Assembly (NCBI GenBank): GCA_964474445.1
Contig: CAYYSJ010000001.1
Span: 142,530 to 206,529 of the forward strand
DNA: 64,000 nt
Direction of reading: 5' to 3'
Source of the DNA: an uncultured Gammaproteobacteria bacterium
GTDB lineage: Bacteria > Patescibacteriota > Microgenomatia > Levybacterales > UBA12049
Made by a program: the position numbers and the translations under genes. A model generated the notes under the pieces. The model did not search any database, was not told the origin of the DNA, and saw only the letters and a list, made by a program, of their open reading frames with translations. Below are positions 28,121-39,528 of this stretch, piece after piece; the stretch's first letter is position 1, and every line of letters starts with the position of its first letter.

Positions 28121-29692
28121 TTAATTTGAAAAATTTTCTGGCAGCGTATAATACCCACTTTTTGCTTTATCCCATTGATCCTTCGTAATATTAGGTATTT
28201 TTGTTTTCTTCACCCAAATACAGGAGGGTTTACCACTTTCAAGTAAACGCACATAAGAGCTTTGCTGTGAGGAAGTAAGCAGGCGTTGTGGTATATCTCC
28301 TTGCAGACAAGATCCATAATAAAGATCAGGAGGGTTTGTCTGAAGCATGCGAATTCGTGCACTTGTATATTTCGGAAATGCAGGCATGAGAGACGTATAC
28401 CATGAGTACTGGTAAGAAGAATACCTATGAGATACCCAATAGACCATATCGTCAAATCCATCAACAAAGAGCGTATCAGTAGGTTTGGAAAGTGTTCTCA
28501 CAATATCTCCGGCCTGGAGGACTCTCCCATAGTTAATAATAAACTCTTGATACGGAGATACTTTTTCTTTCCAAAATGCCTGTGGAGAAAAAAGAATATA
28601 CCCAATAATAAGATACAAACATGCCCTTACGAACACTTGCATCCATCGTTTTGGTAAAAAGACAACAAGTTGTGTAGTGATGAAAAGAAACAGAGCATAC
28701 CATACAGCTTGGTGAAATGCTTCGTAATATTGTAATCCTGGCGGAGTAAACCTAAAATTTGCCAATCCCAATACAAGAAAGACAAAAAACAATACTCTCC
28801 AATGTCTCCTCCAAAAGATATTTGCAATTGAAAAAAAGAATACAATCGATACGGCAATTTCTATACTTTTGAGAAACGTTTTACTACCGCTGAAAAAAAT
28901 GAATATTGGATATAAAAATGCCTTTATCGCCCCTATCCCAACAATACTTTCTGATCCGCTGGATGAAAGACTTACCTGTGAGTTGGTAGTAACAACATTA
29001 AAATAAAATTCGCTGATGTTGTGAAAAAGCAACGTTATCAAAGAAAGCAAAAAGAATATACCAAGAGCTACTCCTTTTCTTTTCCACTCCTTACTTCCCA
29101 GAACAAGGATTCCTAAGATACATAGTGTAAGAGGAACAAACGGTTCACGCATAAACACTACAAACCAGGCAAAAAACCCTCCAAGTATCCAGTCAAGAAG
29201 AAACAAAGATTGATTCCTAATCTTTTGTAATGCAATCCCTGTGAGATATAACAGAGGGTAGACAATTATTCCTTCTGCTAAAAATCTATCTCCAAATACA
29301 TAAAATTTCGTCAGCTCATAGATAAATATCATTGGCAATAGGCTGTAACCAAACCGAAGAAAAAGAAATATGTTCATTACCAAACCAAAAATAAAAACAA
29401 ATTGTCGATGCTTCAGTACAACATCGTAGAGATTCTGAGGGTGAGTTAACAGTTGAATAAGAGCACTGATATATGCCATACCGGGGGCATGATTATAGAA
29501 AATTTGTGAATAGAGGTGTTTGTTATGGAGTAAAAAGTATCCTCCCATGAAATTAAAACAATCATCAAAACAACCAAATGCATTCACGCGGGGAATATAC
29601 ATTTTGTATAAGAATAGGGATAACACACTAATACCCAGTATTCCTATTGCTGAGAATAGCAAAGACTTTTTAACAAAAAGATTATTGAGCAT
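28121..29692 (-). CDS. Polytopic membrane protein, GT-C glycosyltransferase-like
   Basis: Many TM segments; acidic DD in first loop, LYSQIFYNHAPG; soluble C-terminal domain. Confidence 0.7.
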   Translation of the reverse strand: MLNNLFVKKSLLFSAIGILGISVLSLFLYKMYIPRVNAFGCFDDCFNFMGGYFLLHNKHLYSQIFYNHAPGMAYISALIQLLTHPQNLYDVVLKHRQFVFIFGLVMNIFLFLRFGYSLLPMIFIYELTKFYVFGDRFLAEGIIVYPLLYLTGIALQKIRNQSLFLLDWILGGFFAWFVVFMREPFVPLTLCILGILVLGSKEWKRKGVALGIFFLLSLITLLFHNISEFYFNVVTTNSQVSLSSSGSESIVGIGAIKAFLYPIFIFFSGSKTFLKSIEIAVSIVFFFSIANIFWRRHWRVLFFVFLVLGLANFRFTPPGLQYYEAFHQAVWYALFLFITTQLVVFLPKRWMQVFVRACLYLIIGYILFSPQAFWKEKVSPYQEFIINYGRVLQAGDIVRTLSKPTDTLFVDGFDDMVYWVSHRYSSYQYSWYTSLMPAFPKYTSARIRMLQTNPPDLYYGSCLQGDIPQRLLTSSQQSSYVRLLESGKPSCIWVKKTKIPNITKDQWDKAKSGYYTLPENFSN

Positions 29693-29780
29693 CCATTGTA
29701 TTTAACAGGAAATGCTCTGAGAAAATCAATATATCCTGTCTTTCCATGTCCCAACAGCTTTCTTACAAGTAGGCTGATAA

Positions 29781-30530
29781 ATGTCTATTAGTATCATATC
29801 CATGAGGAACATAAAGCAAGCAGAACACTTTTATGGTACTCTCATTGATCTTTTTATTGCCTATAATCACCAATTCATGGTAGGAGGAACCTATGCATTT
29901 GCGTGCTACACTGGAATAGAACGACCAACAAAAGACGTCGATTTTTTTTGCACTCCTGAAGAATACCCCAAGCTATTGCAGTTATGCAGTGAACATGGCT
30001 ATGAGACAGAGCTTTTAGATAAAACGTGGATTGCAAAAGTCCATTCATCTGGACTTACCGCTGATATTATTTTTGCAGAACGAAACGGCCTTGTTCGAGT
30101 ATCTGAGGACTGGTATAAGCGTGCACGAAATGGCGACGTGATGAACAGGCCAGTAAAACTGATGCCTATTGAAGAAATGATTCGATCTAAAGCATATATC
30201 CAGTCACGCAATAGATTTGACGGGGCAGATGTTGTCCATCTTATTCTTCGACACGGCAAAGAAATAGATTGGGAATATCTTTTTAAGAACATGGAAGCAG
30301 ATTGGGAACTGTTACTTTCCTACCTCCTACTGTTTAATTTTGTCTACCCTGCTGATCGAAATATCATTCCCTCATGGATTTTTGAAAAACTTATCGAACA
30401 ACTACAAAAGCAATATACAACCTCTCCTACAAAATCTCACATCACTCGTGGATTGTTACTCTCATCACAATATAACGTCGCAATTGAGAAATGGGGATAC
30501 AAAGAAATTGAGTCGAATTCACGTGCATAA
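29781..30530 (+). CDS. Pol-beta-superfamily nucleotidyltransferase, uncharacterised
   Basis: VGG.YA...Y.G..RPTKDVD, ADIIF, KAYIQ.R.RFDGADV. Confidence 0.85.
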   Translation: MSISIISMRNIKQAEHFYGTLIDLFIAYNHQFMVGGTYAFACYTGIERPTKDVDFFCTPEEYPKLLQLCSEHGYETELLDKTWIAKVHSSGLTADIIFAERNGLVRVSEDWYKRARNGDVMNRPVKLMPIEEMIRSKAYIQSRNRFDGADVVHLILRHGKEIDWEYLFKNMEADWELLLSYLLLFNFVYPADRNIIPSWIFEKLIEQLQKQYTTSPTKSHITRGLLLSSQYNVAIEKWGYKEIESNSRA

Positions 30531-31264
30531 TGGTTAAACAACGTACGGTAAAAATTGCTGCTCTTGCTGACACGCATGTTGGCAAATTCATCCACCCTCA
30601 AAATAACTACGAAGAAGTATTTGAAGCGGTAGGGCAGGATGCTGATATTTTACTCATCGGTGGAGATTTAACAGATCATGGACTACCAGAAGAGGCAAAA
30701 CAGCTTGTTACCTATTTAAAAAAATGTACTATCCCAAAAGCTGCTGTCCTTGGAAATCATGACTACACCAGAGGGAACCAGGAAGAAATCGTACATATCC
30801 TTGAAGAAGGAGGAGTCAATGTCTTAGGAGAAAAAATTTTTGAATTTGATAGTGTTGGGTTTGCTGGAGTAAAAGGATTTGGAGGCGGATTTGGCAAGCA
30901 TATGCTAGGAAGTTTTGGAGAAGATATTATCAAAGACTTTGTCAAAGAAACTATCGATGAAGCAGAGCAACTGGAAATTTCCTTAGATTACATTGGAAGA
31001 TATGAAAAAAAAGTGGTATTATTACATTACGCCCCTATCCCTGCAACGAATAAAGGAGAACCTTTAGAAATTTACCCTTTTCTGGGAAGTTCAAGATTTG
31101 AAGAAGTTGTAGACAGACACGAGGTTTCGGTGGTCTTTCATGGACATGCCCATTTTGGATCCACAGAAGGCAAGACGTTAAAAGGTATTCCTGTATATAA
31201 CGTCTCTTGGCCAATTATGCAAAAAATAAGTCCAAAAAGACCGTATAAAGTGATAGAACTATGA
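30530..31264 (+). CDS. Calcineurin-like metallophosphoesterase
   Basis: DTH, GGD, GNHD, LHY, HGHAH motifs. Confidence 0.92.
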   Translation: MVKQRTVKIAALADTHVGKFIHPQNNYEEVFEAVGQDADILLIGGDLTDHGLPEEAKQLVTYLKKCTIPKAAVLGNHDYTRGNQEEIVHILEEGGVNVLGEKIFEFDSVGFAGVKGFGGGFGKHMLGSFGEDIIKDFVKETIDEAEQLEISLDYIGRYEKKVVLLHYAPIPATNKGEPLEIYPFLGSSRFEEVVDRHEVSVVFHGHAHFGSTEGKTLKGIPVYNVSWPIMQKISPKRPYKVIEL

Positions 31265-31962
31265 CAATAAAAGCTATTCTTTCTGATTTAGACAAAACGC
31301 TCATTGAGGACAGGCTTGTCCCGGAACAAGTTATTCGTGTTGTAAAAACATACCTGGAATTACCCAAAGAAAAGGCAGAAACTATTGTAAAAGATTTCTA
31401 TGATACCCAGACAACAAAAGCTCATTTCCTCAATGGATATTCAAAAGTTGGAGCGTGGAAAAAAGTTTTTGAACAAAATGCATTTGATTACTCTTACGAC
31501 CAATTATACGAATTGAATGATATTTTCTGGAAAACAGCAGCACAATTTGCAAGACCATACGAAGGTGTTATGGAAACTATCTCCTTTTTGAAAGAAAACG
31601 GGTATCTTTTTGGTATTGTGAGCGGTGGTGACTATATCACCCGTTATCAGCATTTAAAAGAAACGGACATACTTCCTTTTGCCGATGTTGTAGTAACAAC
31701 GGAGGAAATAGGACAGGTAAAACACACAAGAAACCTTTATTCTGTTGCTGCAGATGAATTAGGCGTTTTGTATACAGAAGCAATGACTGTGGGAGATAAT
31801 GAAACGGCTGATATTGTCCTTCCAAAAGACGAAGGCTTTATTACCGTCAAGATAGATCCGGAAGATGGTCCAACACAAGCACATTTTCGGGTTAACACAT
31901 TTTCTGAAATAGAAAATATTTTAGGGAATGAAGAAGATCTTATTCAACAGTTACGACCTTAA
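31261..31962 (+). CDS. HAD-superfamily hydrolase (YjjG-like nucleotidase type)
   Basis: DLDKTL, IVSGG, K motif, VGDNETADI. Confidence 0.88.
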   Translation: MTIKAILSDLDKTLIEDRLVPEQVIRVVKTYLELPKEKAETIVKDFYDTQTTKAHFLNGYSKVGAWKKVFEQNAFDYSYDQLYELNDIFWKTAAQFARPYEGVMETISFLKENGYLFGIVSGGDYITRYQHLKETDILPFADVVVTTEEIGQVKHTRNLYSVAADELGVLYTEAMTVGDNETADIVLPKDEGFITVKIDPEDGPTQAHFRVNTFSEIENILGNEEDLIQQLRP

Positions 31963-33373
31963 TACTATTGATGTGCCCTGAAACACCAGGATGACTTCCT
32001 GCAACCTCTACAAGATGGTCTCCAGTAGTAAGCAGTCCTTTTGATACAAACTGTGTCACTATTTTATCGTATGCTTCGTCATTATCAATAATCTTGTCTA
32101 CAAAAAAGCATTTTACTCCCCATAATAATGCGAGCTGACGATAGGTATATGCATTATCGGTAATAGCAAATACAGGAACAGAAGGCCTGTACGAAGAGAC
32201 CTCCTGCACTGTTATCCCTGATTCTGTCAGTGCAACAATAGCTTTTGCATTCAATTTGAGCGCTAAAATAGCTGCAGATTCTGCAATCGCATCTATTTGT
32301 GTATGTTCGTCATGAGAATTAACGTGATGTTCTATACGAGATTCATGAATATATCGTTCTACCCTTCTAATAATTTTTTTCATCATAACAACTGACTCAA
32401 CCGGATAATCCCCATGTGCCGACTCTGCTGAAAGCATAACAGCATCAACCTCATCCAATACCGCTGTCGCAACATCATTCACTTCAGCTCGGGTTGGTTC
32501 TGCATTGTGGATCATACTCTCAAGCATTTGTGTCGCAACAATGACCGGTTTATGGGTTTGTTGCGCATACTTAATGATTGTTCTCTGAAGAATTGGTACT
32601 TCCTCCTGCCCTACTTCAACTGCCATGTCCCCTCTTGCAACCATAACACCATCAGCCGCGTCAATAATTTTTGTCAGATTTTTTACCGCAGCCCCGCATT
32701 CGATTTTTGCAATCACCTTTGGTATATGATGATGGGCAGCCATAAGTTCTTTTACATATTCAATATCTTTTTCTGATTGCACAAAGGAAACAGCAACATA
32801 ATCAACTTCATGAGCAAGGCCAAATGCTAAATCATCTTTATCTTTTTCTGTAAGAGCCATACTTGGAAGCTGAGTATCAGGAAGATTCACTCCTTTATGC
32901 GGTTTTATTTCCCCAGGCGCAACGACTGTACATGTTGCAATACCATTTGCTATCTCATCAACAACGAGTCTGACAAGTCCGTCATTAATCAGAATCGCAT
33001 TACCCACGTGTAAGTAAGGGAAAATATCTACCTGGACAGGGATACATTCATTCTCTTGAGTCTTGCCATAGCAAAGCATAACAATTTCATCTTTTTTCAA
33101 GAAAACTGAATTTTCTTTTAAATTCCCAAGACGAATTTTGGGCCCTTGTAAATCCTGAAGGATTGCAATTGGCTTATCTAATTCTTTTGAAAGTGCACGG
33201 ATTTTTTTGAGTCGTTCTTTATGATCATCTTGCGTTCCATGAGAAAAATTCAACCGTGCAACATTCATACCGGAGGTAATAATTGCTCGCAGTTTTTCTT
33301 CAGACTCACTTGCTGGGCCAATGGTGGCGACAATCTTTGTTTTTTTAAAATCATTAATTGCGGTAATCTGCAT
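31940..33373 (-). CDS. pyk: Pyruvate kinase
   Basis: KTKIVATIGPAS, ARLNFSHG, DLQGPKIR, MVARGD, ATQMLESM. Confidence 0.97.
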   Translation of the reverse strand: MQITAINDFKKTKIVATIGPASESEEKLRAIITSGMNVARLNFSHGTQDDHKERLKKIRALSKELDKPIAILQDLQGPKIRLGNLKENSVFLKKDEIVMLCYGKTQENECIPVQVDIFPYLHVGNAILINDGLVRLVVDEIANGIATCTVVAPGEIKPHKGVNLPDTQLPSMALTEKDKDDLAFGLAHEVDYVAVSFVQSEKDIEYVKELMAAHHHIPKVIAKIECGAAVKNLTKIIDAADGVMVARGDMAVEVGQEEVPILQRTIIKYAQQTHKPVIVATQMLESMIHNAEPTRAEVNDVATAVLDEVDAVMLSAESAHGDYPVESVVMMKKIIRRVERYIHESRIEHHVNSHDEHTQIDAIAESAAILALKLNAKAIVALTESGITVQEVSSYRPSVPVFAITDNAYTYRQLALLWGVKCFFVDKIIDNDEAYDKIVTQFVSKGLLTTGDHLVEVAGSHPGVSGHINSIKVVTVE

Positions 33374-33387
33374 AGGTAATAAAAGGA

Positions 33388-34017
33388 TTAATATCCAGCA
33401 TTTTCATGAGCTGCTCTGACTTGCTTGTTCACTATCTTTCCGTCTTTATCGATGTCATACACATAAGTCTCTCCTGTTGCTATCTCAAGGTTTGGAATAT
33501 CAGCATCTGATACATTTTCTAAATACTTTACCAGTGCCCGAAGCGAATTTCCGTGAGCGGCAATGATAACATTTTTCCCTTGTTCAAGAAGTGGAAGAAT
33601 GGTTTTTTGATAGTAAGGAACTACACGATCATACACATCTTTGAGAGACTCTCCTTGAGGAGGCTTGTCTGCCCATCCTCTTCTCCACTTCATAAATTGT
33701 TCTTCCCCATATTCTTCTTTTATTTTCCATTTGTTTTTACCGGTTAGATCACCATAATCTCTCTCACGAAGCTCCAGAGCTTCTGTTGTTGAAAGATCTT
33801 CTTGATGAATGACTTTTTTAATTTCATTAAGTGTCTCGATAGCACGTTTGAGAGATGAAGTAAAAGCATAATCGAAATGAATATCTTGTATCTCTTCTCC
33901 TGCTTTTTGTGCCTCTTTTCTCCCTTCATCATTTAAAGATACATCTGTCCACCCTGTCCAAAGGCCTAGAGCATTCCATTCTGATTTTCCATGTCTGACG
34001 AGTACTAGTTTTGCCAT
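33388..34017 (-). CDS. gpmA: 2,3-BPG-dependent phosphoglycerate mutase
   Basis: LVRHGKSEWN, ERDYG, AHGNSLRAL. Confidence 0.95.
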   Translation of the reverse strand: MAKLVLVRHGKSEWNALGLWTGWTDVSLNDEGRKEAQKAGEEIQDIHFDYAFTSSLKRAIETLNEIKKVIHQEDLSTTEALELRERDYGDLTGKNKWKIKEEYGEEQFMKWRRGWADKPPQGESLKDVYDRVVPYYQKTILPLLEQGKNVIIAAHGNSLRALVKYLENVSDADIPNLEIATGETYVYDIDKDGKIVNKQVRAAHENAGY

Positions 34018-34022
34018 ATCAA

Positions 34023-35363
<1,341 letters not shown>

Positions 35364-35437
35364 TCACAAGAAATGTAAATAGTTTCTTTTTTGTAAGTAG
35401 TTTGAGAGCTTTACTTCACATGATACAATGCACTCGC

Positions 35438-36667
35438 ATGCTACATCTCTTTAACACGCTAACAAAACAAATAGAACCGTTTTTCCCTTCTCAAAATAAA
35501 AAAGTTACCCTTTACGTCTGCGGTATTACTCCATACGACACAACTCATCTAGGACATGCCTTCACATACATATCATTTGATGCACTTGTCAAATATTTTG
35601 CATACAAAGGTTATGAAGTCATATACACGCAAAATGTAACTGATATCAATGACCGCGATAAAGATATTCTGGAAAAAGCCAAAGAGCAGCACACAACCTG
35701 GCAAGCATTAACGAAATTTTGGACAGATAATTTTCTGAAAAACATGGCATCGTTGCACTGGACAAAGCCCACTCACTATTTGTATGCATCAGAGCAAATT
35801 CCTTCCATGATTGACCTCATTCAGAAAATATTAAGAAATGGATATGGCTACGAAGCAGATGGAGGCGTGTACTTGGATATTTCCAAGTATAAAGAGTATG
35901 GAAAGTTATCTCACCTTTCCTATAAAGACATGACCGTGCTTGCAAAAGAATTTGAAGAAGACATTGATAATCCTCACAAACGACACCCACTTGATATTAC
36001 CCTTTGGAAGCCCAGCCAACCAAACCAGCCTGCGCATATTCCCTCATTTGACAGTCCATTTGGGAAAGGTCGTCCCGGTTGGCATATTGAATGCTCGGCA
36101 ATGGCACTCAGTACATTAGCAAAACAACAATCAGACAAAGGTAATATTTACCGAAGTATTGATATTCATGGAGGGGGGATAGATCTTATCTATCCTCATC
36201 ATGAAAGTGAAATTACCCAGTCTGAAACAGCAACAGGAACAATACCATTTGCCAGGTTTTGGATGCACGTGCAGATAGTCCAAAAAGATCATGAAAAAAT
36301 GTCAAAATCAAAAGGGAATTTGATCATGGTAGGAGATCTACTTAAAAAATACTCTGCAAATGCAATCAGGTGGTACTTACTTTCTCATCATTACCGACAA
36401 AGCTGGAATTTTGATGAAGAGAAATTAGGAATAGCTCAAGGACATGTTACAAATCTTGAAAAAGCATTGCTCCCCTCTTCGGATATGGATACACCAACAA
36501 ATGAAGATAGATATTTGCTCGATCGTTTTGAAATGATGATGGATAATGATTTACAGACTCACGAAGTCTTGGAGATGGTACAGGAAAAGCTTCTGAAAAA
36601 AGAACTGCTTCCCGAAGAAAAAAAATCATTGACAATAATTTCCAAAACACTCGGGTTTGTATTTTAA
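35438..36667 (+). CDS. CysRS-family ligase, MshC-like (no anticodon-binding domain)
   Basis: YVCGITPYDTTHLGHA, GRPGWHIEC, DLIYPHHE, KMSKS; about 409 aa, ending just after the DALR-like helix. Confidence 0.8.
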   Translation: MLHLFNTLTKQIEPFFPSQNKKVTLYVCGITPYDTTHLGHAFTYISFDALVKYFAYKGYEVIYTQNVTDINDRDKDILEKAKEQHTTWQALTKFWTDNFLKNMASLHWTKPTHYLYASEQIPSMIDLIQKILRNGYGYEADGGVYLDISKYKEYGKLSHLSYKDMTVLAKEFEEDIDNPHKRHPLDITLWKPSQPNQPAHIPSFDSPFGKGRPGWHIECSAMALSTLAKQQSDKGNIYRSIDIHGGGIDLIYPHHESEITQSETATGTIPFARFWMHVQIVQKDHEKMSKSKGNLIMVGDLLKKYSANAIRWYLLSHHYRQSWNFDEEKLGIAQGHVTNLEKALLPSSDMDTPTNEDRYLLDRFEMMMDNDLQTHEVLEMVQEKLLKKELLPEEKKSLTIISKTLGFVF

Positions 36668-36707
36668 TATAGCAGGACAATTGCCTTTCCACATATAATA
36701 AAGGGGT

Positions 36708-37598
36708 ATGTCTCTCTCTCGTTTTCAGTTTTTGATAAAAACTTTTGGACTTTTGTGTATTACTGTTGCACTTTTCTTGACCTTTAGCTCTTTTATTCTC
36801 CCAAAAAAACAAAGTGTACAAAAAATTTCTCCCCAACAAGAATCACAAGTGTTGGGTGCTTCATTTTTTCCTACGCCAACACCTGTAATCGTACTACCAA
36901 AAGACGTTCTCACCTCCCTGCAACAAGCTCCAGTTATTTCACAACATGTGGGTCATCCAACAAAAAGCAGTTACGTTATTGCTGTGTATGGAGATTCTTT
37001 GGAAGACACCATGGGAAACAGAGTGGAAAGGTTGTCCTCACTACTTACCCAACTGTACCCATCCATTCACTTTTCGTTATACAACTACGGTATAGGAGCA
37101 CAAAATGTTGAGCAGGGACTTGAGAGGTTTGACAACATTTTTACCTATAAAGGAAGAAATTATCCTCCGCTGCGTGATATAAAGCCGGATATCATCATTG
37201 TTGGCTCCTTTGCATACAACCCTTTTACTCCTCCTGATCCGGAAAAACACAAAATGCTTCTCATGCAACTTGTGCAGAAAGCAAAGAGTACGAGGGCAAA
37301 GGTATATCTGCTCGCTGAGATTGCACCCTTGGGGACAGATTTTGGCAAGGGCCCATCTGGAATGGCACAGTGGACAGATGAATATAGGCTGTCTCATGCA
37401 AAAGAAATTGTCGAACAAATGAAAAATGTATTCTCCGCTGCAACCAGTACCAATACGCCACTTATTGATGTCTATGATAAAACAAAAACTAATGGTCCGT
37501 TTGGGAGTTGGCAATATACCACGGCAACGGACGGTATCCATCCTTCAGAGACTGGTCAGTCTCTCACCGCATCAGAGATCGCTCACTCCATTTTTTAG
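36708..37598 (+). CDS. Membrane-anchored SGNH/GDSL hydrolase
   Basis: N-terminal TM, YGDSL, NYGIG, DGIHP. Confidence 0.85.
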   Translation: MSLSRFQFLIKTFGLLCITVALFLTFSSFILPKKQSVQKISPQQESQVLGASFFPTPTPVIVLPKDVLTSLQQAPVISQHVGHPTKSSYVIAVYGDSLEDTMGNRVERLSSLLTQLYPSIHFSLYNYGIGAQNVEQGLERFDNIFTYKGRNYPPLRDIKPDIIIVGSFAYNPFTPPDPEKHKMLLMQLVQKAKSTRAKVYLLAEIAPLGTDFGKGPSGMAQWTDEYRLSHAKEIVEQMKNVFSAATSTNTPLIDVYDKTKTNGPFGSWQYTTATDGIHPSETGQSLTASEIAHSIF

Positions 37599-37624
37599 AG
37601 TAAGTTTGCTATACTAAGGCCAAT

Positions 37625-38773
37625 ATGAAAGTCATTCTCTCCAGCTTTTTTCTCCTTCTTGCCTTCCTTTTTCTTACACCACAATCTCTTTTTGCAGTAG
37701 AAAATCCATTGTCATCCCCAAACAATAGATTTGGCATTCATATTCTTTTCACCTCAGAAGTCGACAAAGCCCATGATTTAGTTAACTCAAATGGTGGTGA
37801 TTGGGGATATGTCTTGATTCCAATCCAGTCAGGCGATAAGGACCTTGTCAAATGGCAGAACTTTATGGATAGCTGTCGAAACTACCATCTCATTCCTATC
37901 CTGAGGATTTCCACAGAAAATTATTTCTTTAATACACAAGTCTGGAGAAAACCTGATGCTTCGGATGTTTTAGATTTTGCAAACTTTCTCTCCTCTCTTA
38001 ATTGGCCAACAAAAAATAAATATATTATTGTTTTTAACGAGGTTAATAGAGGTGATGAATGGGGAGGGACTCCTGACCCTGCAGGATATGCACAACTTCT
38101 CTCATATGCAGTAACTGCATTTAAAGGAAAAGATTCTGACTTTTTTATTATCTCAGCAGGTTTGGATAATGCAGCACCGAATGCTGCTACGTTTATGAAT
38201 GAGTATGACTATATGTCCCAGATGAACCAGGCTGTTCCGGGTATTTTCAATCAAATTGATGGAATTGCCAGTCATTCATATCCCAATCCTGCGTTTTCCC
38301 AGCCTCCAACTATTAATTCACGAATGAGTATTACTAGCTTTACGTTTGAAAAAGCACTTGTTGACAGCCTTTCATCAAAGTCGCTTCCCGTTTTTATTAC
38401 TGAAACAGGATGGTCACAGGATGTTGTAGGGAAACAGACAACTGCTTCCTATTTTGTTCAAGCGTTTAATACCATATGGAATAATCCAAATATTGTTGCA
38501 GTTACTCCGTTTCTTCTTCAGGCAGGAGGTTCACCTTTTTCAACATTTTCATTTTTAGATACAGGTGGCAATCCAACACCTATTTACTCAGCTGTTAAAA
38601 ATCTGTCGAAAACAAAAGGAACCCCTGTCTTAGGTCCTGAAGTGTTGTCAGCACAAAACCAATTGGTTGACTTTAACACAAAAACATTTACTCCTTCCCT
38701 TCCGGATGAAAAACCTGTCCGTTTTGCTAATAACTTTAAAGAATTTATTAAGTGGCTCCTCCACGTACCATGA
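37625..38773 (+). CDS. Secreted clan GH-A glycoside hydrolase
   Basis: Signal peptide, FNEVN (acid/base), HSYP, ITETGW (nucleophile). Confidence 0.8.
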   Translation: MKVILSSFFLLLAFLFLTPQSLFAVENPLSSPNNRFGIHILFTSEVDKAHDLVNSNGGDWGYVLIPIQSGDKDLVKWQNFMDSCRNYHLIPILRISTENYFFNTQVWRKPDASDVLDFANFLSSLNWPTKNKYIIVFNEVNRGDEWGGTPDPAGYAQLLSYAVTAFKGKDSDFFIISAGLDNAAPNAATFMNEYDYMSQMNQAVPGIFNQIDGIASHSYPNPAFSQPPTINSRMSITSFTFEKALVDSLSSKSLPVFITETGWSQDVVGKQTTASYFVQAFNTIWNNPNIVAVTPFLLQAGGSPFSTFSFLDTGGNPTPIYSAVKNLSKTKGTPVLGPEVLSAQNQLVDFNTKTFTPSLPDEKPVRFANNFKEFIKWLLHVP

Positions 38774-38826
38774 TTCTTGAAAAACCCTTTATACTTTCTC
38801 CTCTATACTTTATACTTCTGTAACAT

Positions 38827-39519
38827 ATGCCTCTCACCCTTATTCACGGAGACGATATCGCAGTTAGCAGAAATTATTACTTTGAGCTGAAAAGCAAATC
38901 CAAAGAGAGTATTACTCTTGATGGATCTAAAGTTTCTCTTACAGACCTTGCTCAATCTCTTGAAGGGCAAGATTTATTTGGAGATAGTAAAGAAATTTTT
39001 ATTGAAGAATTATTGTCCAAGAAAAAAGCATCAAAAGAGCTTGATGCTTTTGTGTCACTACTCCTAACCCACGACTCATCACCCATTACCCTCTGGGAAT
39101 CCAAAGAATTAACTCCCAAGCAAGTAGCAAACTTGAAGAAAGCAACGATAAAAATCTTTAAAATTCCAGCAACAATCTTTGCTCTTTTAGACGCGATAAA
39201 ACCTAAGAATGACAAGCAGCTGGTAGAGCTTTTTCATAAAACATTAGTGGATAAAGATACTGAATTTGTCTTTTTTATGCTCCAAAGACAAGTACGGATA
39301 CTTCTTGCCTTTCACTCACCAAATAACGCAACTATTTCTGAAATCACCCGTACTGCCCCCTGGCAAAAAGGGAAATTGGAAAAACAAGCACATCTTTTTA
39401 CTACAGCCCAACTAGTCAATCTTCATGCAAAACTTTTTGCTATCGAATATGGTCTTAAAACAGGGAATCTTTCCCTGCCTCTTACTGCAACAATTGACTT
39501 ACTCCTTCTGAATCTTTAA
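38827..39519 (+). CDS. holA: DNA polymerase III delta subunit-like (short)
   Basis: LIHGDD N-terminus, DLFG, IFALLDAI, PWQ..KL..QA..F, IEYGLKTG. Confidence 0.7.
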   Translation: MPLTLIHGDDIAVSRNYYFELKSKSKESITLDGSKVSLTDLAQSLEGQDLFGDSKEIFIEELLSKKKASKELDAFVSLLLTHDSSPITLWESKELTPKQVANLKKATIKIFKIPATIFALLDAIKPKNDKQLVELFHKTLVDKDTEFVFFMLQRQVRILLAFHSPNNATISEITRTAPWQKGKLEKQAHLFTTAQLVNLHAKLFAIEYGLKTGNLSLPLTATIDLLLLNL

Positions 39520-39528
39520 AGTAAAGGT

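Noticed and set aside
38785-38820. Three TATACT copies upstream of holA
   Set aside because: Too short and AT-rich; consistent with an ordinary -10 element plus local slippage.
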